From NCBI GenBank assembly GCA_051294375.1, contig CM119263.1, positions 23,166,501 through 23,183,208 on the forward strand: 16,708 nt of DNA. The letters run 5' to 3'. Numbering within the stretch: position 1 is the stretch's first letter; each line of letters opens with the position of its first letter. Both the position numbers and the translations under genes were made by a program. Source of the DNA: Paraspadella gotoi (taxonomy: Eukaryota > Animalia > Chaetognatha). Shown here piece by piece: positions 1 to 10,261 of this stretch. The notes under the pieces were generated by a model, which worked only from the letters and a program-made list of their open reading frames with translations, had not been told where the DNA came from and searched no databases.

Positions 1-446
1 CGAGGTCGCGCGCGCATCTCCATGCTCGTCTTTTCGCGTTTCCGTCTTTTTGTTTCCCATAGCGTTTCCATCTCTCTCTCTCGCTCTCGCTCTCGCTCCA
101 ACGCGCGACGGACCATCTCTCTCTCTCTCTTAAGCTCTCTCTTTCGCTCTCTCGCTCCGTCTCTGTCTCGCTCGTTTCTCTCGCGCGCGTTTTCTATTCC
201 CACGAGTGGCGCCGTCGCGGCCGGCGTTGCGTCCGGCGCCGTTCTTATGTCCTCGTCGTCTTCATCGTCGTCTTCGGCGCCCAACTTATATTTTTTCGCC
301 TTCGATGACGCCGCCCGCTGGCACCGCGCCGAGACTCCTCGTTTCGGCGTCGTATTTTTTCGACCGGAAATGACCGTCGGCCGGCGTCGTTGGCGCCGGA
401 TATTTTGGATGGGAGATGCTCGTTGTAGCGCCTCTGAAGGAGGCAT
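1..446 (-). CDS. Possible exon of a low-complexity basic/acidic (RE-repeat, poly-D/E) protein, open past the window edge
   Basis: My minus-strand translation from ATG at 446 has no stop to position 1: MPPSEALQRASPIQNIRRQRRR...AKKYKLGAEDDDEDDEDIRT...RALEREREREREMETLWETKRRKREK. It is absent from the ORF track because it lacks a stop. GC-rich against an AT-rich flank. No recognisable domain. Confidence 0.4.
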   Translation of the reverse strand, partial: MPPSEALQRASPIQNIRRQRRRPTVISGRKNTTPKRGVSARCQRAASSKAKKYKLGAEDDDEDDEDIRTAPDATPAATAPLVGIENARERNERDRDGARERKRELKREREMVRRALEREREREREMETLWETKRRKREKTSMEMRARP

Positions 447-1267
447 CTGGTGTTTTTCTTGTTTTTTTTTGTTTTTGTTTTTCTTGTTTTTTTATTTTGT
501 AGTATTTTTGTTTCTCTAAATTTAATGATTTTTTTCCTCCTTTTTCAATTAAAACAGTTTAATAATGTTCAGATTATTTTGTGTCAATGTGGTTTTTCAA
601 CGTAATACATTTGATGCAAAAATAATTAATTCCGCTTCGATAGCGTCGTAAGTACTACTTCTTACGTTTATTAGCAAAAAAATCAAGTGTGAGTCTGCTC
701 GGTGGTATTTCCCTTCATTTGTTTCTTCGTTCACCCGAAAAGTTTTCGCCGAAACTTTTCGCTTCCAACCTCGAGAGTCCGAATATCGGCGGTCTCCAAA
801 AACTCACGGCCAATCATTTTTAATTCTCTGAAATCGTCGCATCATCAACTCAAAAAAACTTCACGTACGTAAGTTCAAAATTTAAGTAAGTTTACGTAAG
901 TTCAAAATTCTCTTTATTCCTTTTTCGAAGTCGATCGGTTGAAATTAAAATCAAGTCTGCTGTACTAAGCCAAAAACCTTGGTATCAATTATTGAAAGTC
1001 TCTCGGTTGCTTAGCTACGTTTCTTTGCACAAATCGTCATCATGGCAAATGTCAGATTGTATTTGTCATCTGTAAAACTCGAAATAAATTTTATATTTTT
1101 CAATACTTTAAAATAATTTAAAGACAAAAATATTCTATATGAATAATACATAATAAAGAGGTAGAGAACTTCAATAAAAAAAAAGTTATCTATAGTACTT
1201 CGGATGATAGTTTTATTTTCCAATTTTACTTCCATTGCATTGTATTTCTAATTTAAGTTTCAAGTCA

Positions 1268-1297
<30 letters not shown>
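1268..1297. repeat. (TTTC)n microsatellite
   Basis: Direct reading of tandem tttc units. Confidence 0.9.
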
Positions 1298-1300
<3 letters not shown>

Positions 1301-2689
1301 TTTCTGATCTTTGCTTCCTCTCGTTTCTTCCTCCTCGTTTCCATCCTTATCTTCCGGCACTTTGAGCAGAACAAGCCATAGCAACAACCAAATTGGCATA
1401 TATCTTTTTTAGTAGCGCCATCCTCCCTCCAAAATTTTTTCCAGCTCTTCTTCCCTCTATTTTGAATGTTTTTCTTCATCTCACACTATTCCTCCCTTTT
1501 TTCTCGTCCCGCTCGACCCAATTTTGAATTTCTGGGCGGCGAAAAAAAAGAAAAGAAAAAAAAGTCGTTGTCGTCTCTCTATGCTCTCTCGTCAGAAATT
1601 TTAATATATCCGTTGTCTGTTCTTTCGAGTTTCGTGATTTTTCTTCTTTTGTTAGCTTCTTTTATCGGTTTAGTTGAGCTAGACGCAAGCATGGGTTATG
1701 AAATATGCAAATTGAGGTTCAAAAAAAAAAGCCATTTAAGATGATTCTTTGAGAAATAAACACAGAAAAAAAAAAAAAAAACCAACCTTTTATTTTATAG
1801 CGCCCTCAAGGAATTGTGCGCTTTTTAAAAAATGTTTATTAATAAGATCCCATTTTATATATATCTCATTCGGTGGCTGACTGTGTATTTTTTTTTTGTT
1901 GCGGGATGCGGTAGTTTGACGATTGTAATTTAGAGCTGAATATAATTTACAGATGTGAAATAACAACAGGAAATTCTTCATCACAGGTCTTTAAAGTTTT
2001 AATCATATTTTCAATTCTGTATTCCAAATTTTCGGATCAGCACATATATTGACTTTTAATTAAAATTAAAATGATTTATAAAAAACTTGGTTCCTCGGGC
2101 GCGCTAGAACATTCGCGAGCTCGACATACTCGCTTTGAATTTGCCGTGCTCGGTGTGTAGATATATTTATGGAATGCGAATCAGACGATGTGTCGATGAC
2201 AATCAAGAACACTGAAATTCACCGAAGGATATAAAATAATTTAAGAGATTCCACACTCGTTGCCGGACGCAAGAAAGGGGAAACCGTGAATCAAGGGGGA
2301 ACGTGGGTTTAGGATATTTTTTTTTAATGAGTCTCGAGACTAATGCTTAAATATTAGAAGTAGTTTCATAAAAATTAGGAGTAATACTATTGAAAAGATA
2401 ATAAATATATTAGTGGAATTAAAGCATGAAAGAAAAGAATGAAGAAAATAACAACAACAATAAAAACAGTATAGAAAAACTTAAGTCGACCTTCTGCTCA
2501 ACAATTAAAAATAAAACGATGACATCCGAGAGAATTTCCTGCGACATTCTCCACATTAGCAGCGTTGAAAAAGAGACAATGACGGCGGACAATCCCGACG
2601 GCAGCAGTCGCCGCGTGAGCCGCAGCGCGAACGATGTTTGAGTCGTTAATCGTCGCTGACTGAGGGCCACGCCCACTTCGTCCTCGTCG

Positions 2690-3170
2690 CTAGGCAACCC
2701 ACTCGTTCCGTTTGCCCCTCACGTTCCTTTCTTCGCTCTCTTCTCCTTTTGGGTTTAAAGCTTTCGAACTCTCACGACTTTCACAGAAGATTTCTATCAT
2801 CGTATACGTTGTATTTATACACATTAACTTAGCGATATAAAACCCTAACCCATTACTTGATTTCTCACCAATAGTGATTTTCTTCTCTAGTTTAGATTTC
2901 ACTCTTCCAACTCTTCCCGTCATCAAATTGCTGCGATTCTCTTTATTCTCTTCCTCATCTTTCCTTTCTCTCAAACGCGCTGACCGCAACGGTTTACCCG
3001 TTGCCCTTCCATTTACCAACCCCGCCTTAATATCTATTTTCTCGCAGCCCACTTCACACCTTCCCCTCGCTTGCCGATAAAACCTCTTATTTCGACTGAA
3101 GCATAGAACCTTGCCATAGTTCCTGTCTTTCTGCCGCCTTGCCCCGCCGCCCGTAGAAGGCGATCGTCGT
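2690..3170 (-). pseudogene. Possible highly decayed retrotransposon gag-knuckle/protease relic
   Basis: Minus ORF has KVLCFSRNKR (knuckle-like), GLVNGR and KITIGE...FYIA (retropepsin-flank-like) in the expected order, but no DTG catalytic motif and no complete CCHC. Confidence 0.2.
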
Positions 3171-3171
3171 T

Positions 3172-3316
3172 NNNNNNNNNNNNNNNNNNNNNNNNNNNNN
3201 NNNNNNNNNNNNNNNNNNNNNNNNNNNNNNNNNNNNNNNNNNNNNNNNNNNNNNNNNNNNNNNNNNNNNNNNNNNNNNNNNNNNNNNNNNNNNNNNNNNN
3301 NNNNNNNNNNNNNNNN
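3172..3316. other. Assembly gap (N run)
   Basis: N bases. Confidence 1.
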
Positions 3317-3901
3317 GAGAGAACAGAGACTAACTAAATCACCTTCGGCCGACGGGGTCACCGTCAATTCGAGGTATTTCGTTAAGCGCCTCATTCGACC
3401 CGCCCTTCGATAGCCTCAACCTACCTTTTTTTCAAGCGCCTCCGGTTTAACCTACCATTTCTTTCTTGCGATATAAACCTTTCCTCAGCTGCTTCTCTTA
3501 GCCTCCATTTCAGTCTTGCCGCGACACACGTTTCTATCTAAAATCTACATCCTTACTTTCTATTGATCCTCACTGACTTTTACAATTTTCTATTCTCTTC
3601 AATCCCGACTTCATTCTCTTCCCTTTACGTTAAATCTTTCTTTTTACTTCTCATTACGTTTTCCTCACCTTTTTCCCACTTTTTCCTTCTTTAAATCGAA
3701 TCATTTCGTTTCCTTTCTACTTTTTCACGCCCTCCCACTTCACTCACTCCTCTCTTTTCCCTCTTCCTCCTTACCTTGCCCCACCCTTGGGGTGAGTTCA
3801 CGCTTGGCGTTGAGATCATTCGAGGGTCGGAATTGGATTCCATCGAATCTCGAGTCTTGGAATCGCGGATGCGGAAAAATCGACGGGAGTTGCTCGCTCT
3901 A

Positions 3902-3923
3902 TCTCTCTCTCTCTCTCTCTCTC
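3902..3923. repeat. (CT)n microsatellite running into a gap
   Basis: tctctc... directly abuts the N run. Confidence 0.9.
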
Positions 3924-4714
3924 NNNNNNNNNNNNNNNNNNNNNNNNNNNNNNNNNNNNNNNNNNNNNNNNNNNNNNNNNNNNNNNNNNNNNNNNNNNNN
4001 NNNNNNNNNNNNNNNNNNNNNNNNNNNNNNNNNNNNNNNNNNNNNNNNNNNNNNNNNNNNNNNNNNNNNNNNNNNNNNNNNNNNNNNNNNNNNNNNNNNN
4101 NNNNNNNNNNNNNNNNNNNNNNNNNNNNNNNNNNNNNNNNNNNNNNNNNNNNNNNNNNNNNNNNNNNNNNNNNNNNNNNNNNNNNNNNNNNNNNNNNNNN
4201 NNNNNNNNNNNNNNNNNNNNNNNNNNNNNNNNNNNNNNNNNNNNNNNNNNNNNNNNNNNNNNNNNNNNNNNNNNNNNNNNNNNNNNNNNNNNNNNNNNNN
4301 NNNNNNNNNNNNNNNNNNNNNNNNNNNNNNNNNNNNNNNNNNNNNNNNNNNNNNNNNNNNNNNNNNNNNNNNNNNNNNNNNNNNNNNNNNNNNNNNNNNN
4401 NNNNNNNNNNNNNNNNNNNNNNNNNNNNNNNNNNNNNNNNNNNNNNNNNNNNNNNNNNNNNNNNNNNNNNNNNNNNNNNNNNNNNNNNNNNNNNNNNNNN
4501 NNNNNNNNNNNNNNNNNNNNNNNNNNNNNNNNNNNNNNNNNNNNNNNNNNNNNNNNNNNNNNNNNNNNNNNNNNNNNNNNNNNNNNNNNNNNNNNNNNNN
4601 NNNNNNNNNNNNNNNNNNNNNNNNNNNNNNNNNNNNNNNNNNNNNNNNNNNNNNNNNNNNNNNNNNNNNNNNNNNNNNNNNNNNNNNNNNNNNNNNNNNN
4701 NNNNNNNNNNNNNN
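3924..4714. other. Assembly gap (N run)
   Basis: N bases. The long ORFs crossing it are artefacts. Confidence 1.
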
Positions 4715-6153
4715 CCGCGCAACATACGTTCCTCCAGACTCTGGAGAAGCTCATCATCTTTCTCGCTCCATTAACTCGGCTCGTAACAAAAAAAGAAAAG
4801 AAATTGATGAGGAATCGGGAATCCGCTGGCGGCTGCGTCGCGGGGCGGCGGCGGCGACGGCGGCCGCATTCGTCGGCGAGCCGCGGCAGTTGCGTCCGGC
4901 GTCGGCGTCCGTCGTCGGCAGAGACTACGACGTGATCGACAGCGAATGCCAATAACGATCGATGCGTCTATTTTTGGCTCAAGTGACCGCACATTTGTTC
5001 CGCATCCATAGGTGGTAATTTGGAGCAATGTTATCAATATTGGCTCTGCTGCAAGTATTGCCGAAGTAAGAGGTGTTTCCACTTGGCGGGGAGTTGCAAG
5101 GCGTGAATTTTACCCAGCTGGTTTGCGACTGAGATCGACTGCGGCAGCGGCAGCGTCCACGGCGGCAGCGGCCGAGATTCCACCTCCCCGCCAGGAATTC
5201 CACATTCCAATGAATAATGATTAAAAACGGCATGAAATGTGCGCGCCTCTGTGATCCATTAGCGGCGAAGCCTTGACGGCGCAATGATAATCGCGAGCCG
5301 CGTATGGAAGAGACGACGACAACGACGACAACGACGATATAGAAGATGATGACGAAGACGATGACGATGAAGCTGATAACAACGACATGGTGACGAAAAG
5401 AGGATTACTTTGAAGAAAGTAAGGATGTCGAAGACGATTAATTAACGATGAAGACAATTACGCAATTACGCTCACTACCGAGAGCGCGATAACTAAAACC
5501 TTTTGTGATAAAACGATAAGGATTATGATTGACTGAGACCCAAAGACAGTGAAAAGTGATAAAAAACACGACAATGATGTCATCTAAGAGACCATAATGG
5601 ATGACAACGACGACGACGCAGACGACGACGTCATTCTGCCTCAAATTGAATTTTCACCAGAACATCTCGTTCGAAAATAAAAAAAAAAAACCTTCGAGAT
5701 TTCATTATCCCTTCTTTTTTTTTTTAATCTCGCGGTTTTTGTTTTAAACGGCACGATCGAGGTTTCTCCTCGTGACATAAACGTTGTCATGGCAACACTG
5801 CAATTTTAAATTATAAGAGACAAAAAATTTGAGAGACTTTGGCGCATAAAACTTGACGGTTAGGTGATCAATATAAAGAGTTTTCTAAATTTATTTTACT
5901 GATTCTGATCGTAAATTGGCATAAATGAATAATAATGAACTAAACTATCCCCCGCCAACCTCTCATTTCCGGCCTCACCCCGCACAAAGGTCTTTACATC
6001 GTCCCCAGCGTGCTGGGTGAGGTTAGGTAAGGTTGAAGCGTCTCTCCCTTTCTCTCGCATCGCGCGATGCGTCACAAACTCGAAGATAAACGAGAGACAA
6101 AACGTTGGGTTTTCGGCAAAACAATTCCAATTCCGCCAAGACCTGGAGGTGAG

Positions 6154-6191
<38 letters not shown>

Positions 6192-6202
6192 GGCGGCGGC
6201 GG
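6154..6202. repeat. (GGC)n microsatellite in a GC-rich island
   Basis: Tandem ggc units with one interruption. Confidence 0.9.
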
Positions 6203-6555
6203 AGGAGGGGTAGGTGCGCGGCACGAGGCAACTTAGGAGACAGAGGCAGCGGCGGTGGAAGCTGACGGCCCTGTCGGCTGAGAAAGCGATGGCGGGCCGT
6301 TACGCCCCGCTCCCGCCGCCCGCGCCCGCCGCCCGCCCTCCGCCGCCTCCGGTCGCCGCCCGCCCGCCCGTCGTTTCGGCCTCAAAATCTAATTGTTTAG
6401 GGGAAAAACGCGTCGGGGTCTGAATAATGCAGGAGCGAAAAGAAAAAGTCTACTTTGCAGTATTCATATTCCGAAGACTTTTATTACTGCATCTCCCGCC
6501 AAGTTTATTTCTTTCCTTTCTCTCGCCTTCTACTGTATACATTCGCGCCGAAAAG

Positions 6556-6603
6556 GCATCTGACACTGCATCTGAAGCGGCATCTGACGCGGCGTCAGAC
6601 GGG
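6556..6603. repeat. 12-bp tandem repeat x4 (GCATCTGACGCG-like)
   Basis: gcatctgacact gcatctgaagcg gcatctgacgcg gcgtcagacggg. Confidence 0.8.
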
Positions 6604-6889
6604 GCATTTATAGATATGGTCATTTTAGAGTTTATCCAAGACAGACAGGAACCAAATTTTTTTAGCAACGCCAGTGTTATCATTATTATGCAAATAAATA
6701 GTTTTGTTTAAAATATTGAATTGTTACCTTTGAGTTTTTTCGTCTTTGAGAGAGACTCCCGACTCAAATTACTCGGCTCGACTTCGGTGACCTCGAGACT
6801 CCCTGACCCCAGAAACTCACCTGACCTTACCCTCCTCTCTTTCATTCAGTCGTCGTCACAGATTAGAGCAGAGCGAGTGAGAGACGACA

Positions 6890-6997
6890 AAAAGAAAGAA
6901 CGAAAGAAAGAAAGAAAGAAAGAAAGAAAAGACAAAGAAAGAAAGAAAGAAAGAAAGAAGAAAGGACAAGAAAGAAAGAAAGAAAGAAAGAAAGAAA
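6890..6997. repeat. (AAAG)n microsatellite, interrupted
   Basis: Direct reading. Confidence 0.9.
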
Positions 6998-7720
6998 AAA
7001 TTAAAAAAGGAACCAAATAAATAAATTAAACGAGAAATAAAGGAAAATGGAAATAATAAAGAAAAAATCTTGGAAAGTTAAAGGTATTGAAATCACAGAT
7101 CAGATAAGTCGAGTTTTTTCTAAATCCTCTCGATTCTCAATCTCAAATTCAAACAGATCATTTTTTTTGTTCCCGCGAATCTCCAAGACGTCAACCGGCA
7201 GCATTCGCGATGCCGCTCCCTCTACCGATTTCCCTTGAAAACTAAAAAAAAAGAAATAAATAAAGATATGGAAAATAGAAAGAAAAAATTTTAAGAAAAA
7301 GAAGAAAAAAAAGAGAAGAAAAATTAGCATTTTTATTGGGCGCGCGACGTTTTTGACGAGGAAAAGCGACGGGGGACGACGACAGGAGGCGGCGTCATCC
7401 GGCGTCGTCGGCGCCGGGCGTCGACATTGGGCGCCGCGATTGGGAGACAAGATTGCTCGGCAAGTTTGGGCGCCGAGATTGGTCGATTTTGAGCATCTAC
7501 CTTTGTTGATGTTTAACTGTGGGCGTGGCGTCGAAAATCGAGCTAAATACTTCGTGAGGAACTTTATCTGTCAGTAGACAATAACTATGTGGTTCCAAAT
7601 GTACTTTAAAATATAAAGGTGTCAGTTAAAAAACAAGTTTGAGCAAACAATGTCGGATCTGCCTACAATAATTAAACGGTAATCTGCTAATCAGATGATA
7701 AATCACAATATTTTTTTAAA

Positions 7721-7873
7721 TTTTTTTGAACTCGCATAATTTTTTTCACGCACATAATTTTTCAACTCATCATTTTTTCAACTTGCATCATTTTTTCAAC
7801 TTGCATCATTTTTTCAACTTGCATAATTTTTTCAACTTGCATAATTTTTTTAAATTGTATCATTTTTTCAAAT
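7721..7873. repeat. 18-bp minisatellite (TTTTTTCAACTTGCAT[C/A]A), about 8 copies
   Basis: Four near-perfect central copies with degenerate flanking copies. Confidence 0.85.
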
Positions 7874-8423
7874 TAATTAATTAAAATATTTATTAGTAAT
7901 CATAAATAAAAAAGATTCAAGAAAATGTGAATTATGTTTTTTCCATTTAAACTCATTTCTATCTACCTGAACGAGTGAAAGCGTCGAAAGATATTTGACG
8001 TTATTCATTAATTAGGACATCCGGGCGTCGACGCTACGCGAAAAGCGGTCGCCGCCAAATTTGTCTGGAACAATATGAAGCAGGATGTGTCAAGGTGGGC
8101 GAGAGAATGCTTAAGTTGTCAACCAGTAAGTAACGACATACGATACCTGATATAGGAGAATTTAAAATTCCTCAACGAAGGTTTCAGCATTTAAATATCG
8201 ACTTAGTGAAAATGCCGAATTCAAATGGGTTTAAGCATCTCCTGACAATCGTAGATCGGTTCTCGAGATGGCCAGCGGCCATCCCCATCTCTGACAACTT
8301 CAGCACATCACCAGCCGGTGATCCACATCCCGAGCAACCTCGAAACAGCACGCTACATCTTCGTCAAGAGAGCAGGCATCCACCCACCACTGGTACCGCC
8401 ATATGAAGGGCCATATATAAGTG

Positions 8424-9242
8424 GGTGGCTGTGGTATTCCTCCCACACGCGGATTCCTCCACGGATCTACCCATGGATTCCTCCCACACGGGATTTCACT
8501 CCCACGCGGATTCCTCCCCATGGGTTCCTCCCACACGGAATTCCTCCCACACGGGATTCCTGCCCGCGGGATTCTTCCCACACGGAATTCCTCCCAAGGA
8601 ATTCCTCCCACACCGGGATTCCTCCCCATGGAATTCCTCCGCCACTTGAATTCCTCCCACACGGAATTCCTCCCACGCGGGATTACTCCCACACGGGATT
8701 CCTCCACACGGGATTCCTCCCACGCGGGATTCCTCCCACACGGGATTCCTCCCCACACCGGGATTCCTCCCACATGGGATTCCTCCCACACGGGATTCCT
8801 CCCCACGGCGATTCCTCCACATTGAGATTCCTCCCACACTGATTTTCCTCTCACACGGGATCATTGATTGATTGACCAAATTATGCCAGTTGACCAAATT
8901 ATGCCAGTTGATAAAATTATTGCCAGTTGAACCAAATTATTGCCGGTTGACCAAATAATGTTAATTGACCAAATTATGCCAGCTGACAAAATTATGTTAG
9001 TTGCACCAAATTATGCCACATGGGAAGAATCCACTTGGGGAAATCCTGTGTGGAGGAATCCCGCGTGGGAGGGAATCCGCATGGGAGGAATTCCGTGTGG
9101 AGGAATCCCGTGTGGGAGGACATCCCGCGTGGGAGGAATTCCATTGGGAGGAATCCTTTGGGGAGGAATCCCGTGTGGAGGAAACCGCTGTGGGAGGAAT
9201 CCCGCGTGGAGGAATCCTGTTGGGAGGAATCCCAATGGAACC
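8424..9242. mobile_element. Non-autonomous Foldback/MULE-like DNA transposon, 819 bp, 9-bp TSD
   Basis: TSD ATATAAGTG at 8415-8423 and 9243-9251. Termini are GGT...ACC. The left arm is about 27 copies of the ~16-bp unit GGGATTCCTCCCACAC; the right arm is about 14 copies of its reverse complement. Confidence 0.88.
8872..9018. repeat. 18-bp minisatellite (TTGACCAAATTATGCCAG), about 8 copies, forming the spacer of the foldback element
   Basis: Direct reading between the two inverted arms. Confidence 0.9.
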
Positions 9243-9765
9243 ATATAAGTGGACCAAGAACATCCCCAACGCCGTCCTCAACAACAAACAATCAACGAGC
9301 GGCCTCGCCCGCTCCTTCTCTTTCTTCTCCTCCTCCTTCCTCACTGACCCAGCCCCAAGTCCCCCACCCTCTCCCCACCCACCCATCCCCCCCAGCCAAC
9401 AATGACAATCGACCAGCCTACTCAGTCGTCCTCAAAGAGATGCTGAATAAAAAAAAAATAAATAAAACCCCCCTGTTGACCTAATCGACAGTTGGAGCTT
9501 TCTTCTCCGGCATCCTCGGTCTTCCTCCCGTCTCCGCGCTCAACTGTCAATTGTACACTTATTATATAAAGTATTTTTATGTATATTGGTATTTTTCAAA
9601 TTTTTGTAATTTTTGGTTGTTTTTGCATGTTTAAAAACCGGTTTTGAATATTATTTTTTTAGTAGCATTACTATATTATTTATCAACATTCTGTTCAATC
9701 ACTCGAGATAGACGACAACAATTATTTTGTTCTAATATTTAACCATAGATTATAACAGGGGGCAT

Positions 9766-9947
9766 TGGGGCCGCTCGAGTGAATCAAATCTATTACAGAA
9801 ATAATTCCTCCACTTATGGGATTCGAACCATCGAATCGAGCTCTGGACGACCTGAGTTACAACTCAGAGCCATCCAGACGGCCTTGATTCCTAAGCGAAT
9901 CTAAACCTATTTAAAACTTTAAAACAAAGAAAACGAAGTTGGCGCCA
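9766..9947 (+). mobile_element. 3' LTR of copy A (family 1), 182 bp
   Basis: Downstream of integrase and preceded by the PPT-like AGGGGGCA (9757-9764). Starts TGGGGCC and ends GGCGCCA (imperfect terminal IR, TG..CA). Near-identical to C and E. Confidence 0.75.
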
Positions 9948-9949
9948 AA

Positions 9950-10219
9950 TGGCGCCAAGACATCTTTTGGTGAACAGAGCAACTGTTTTAAGAAAAACAA
10001 AGATTTTCTAAATTGAGATTTAAAGCTTTAAATGAAAACAAAATCGCTGAGAAATCAGGGCTGTCTGAGTGGCCCAGAGCTGTAGCTTGAGTCACTCAGA
10101 TCGACGGTTCAAATCCAACCATGGATGAATTATTTCTATAAAAGATCTGATTCGCTCAAGTGACCGCATGCCCCCCTGTTGTAATATATGGTTAAATATA
10201 TTTAAATATATTTAAAACA
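9950..10219 (-). mobile_element. Copy B: family-2 3' LTR (9950-10168), PPT and truncated 3' UTR
   Basis: Reverse complement of about 12310-12570, with small indels and substitutions. Confidence 0.8.
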
Positions 10220-10261
10220 TGCAACAAAAAATAAAATTTTTCAATTTTTCAATTTTCAATT

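Larger units (their letters stand above)
7982..9484 (+). pseudogene. Ty3/Gypsy integrase remnant, copy A (family 1), interrupted by a foldback insertion
   Basis: HHCC domain (IH*LGHPGVDATRKAVAAKFVWNNMKQDVSRWARECLSCQ), core start (RFQHLNIDLV...HLLTIVDRFSRWPAAIPISD) and GPY/F module (IFVKRAGIHPPLVPPYEGPY). After the insertion comes a Pro-rich tail ending RPAYSVVLKEML. It has a stop, frameshifts and large internal deletions. Motif style resembles the CsRn1 clade (recalled, not searched). Confidence 0.92.

Noticed and set aside
405-416. TTGGATGGGAGA, matching the 5S rRNA box C
   Set aside because: Only 12 nt, with no other 5S similarity.
22-519. 165-aa plus-strand ORF
   Set aside because: Ser/Leu/Phe-rich shadow of the minus-strand frame, running into a poly-T tract.
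3691-4955. Long ORFs of 330-390 aa
   Set aside because: Mostly N gap.
4990-5082. Ankyrin-like ETPLTSAILAAEPILITLL...GCGTN on the minus strand
   Set aside because: Single unit with spacing off by two residues, an in-frame stop just upstream, and no neighbouring repeats.
5310-5385. Acidic poly-D or poly-Ser coding tract
   Set aside because: GAC/GAT trinucleotide low complexity in short frames bounded by stops; no gene structure can be supported.
8424-9242. CRISPR-like array or protein-coding repeats (many overlapping ORFs)
   Set aside because: Units are contiguous with no unique spacers and there are no cas genes. ORFs appear in most frames because the 16-bp unit has no stop codon.
9474-9757. 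TGT...ACA unit as the LTR itself or as Ginger TIRs
   Set aside because: It is preceded by a C-run rather than a PPT and does not flank the integrase. The G-run followed by TG...CA downstream fits a 3' LTR better, and a tether-like pol fragment argues for a retrotransposon.
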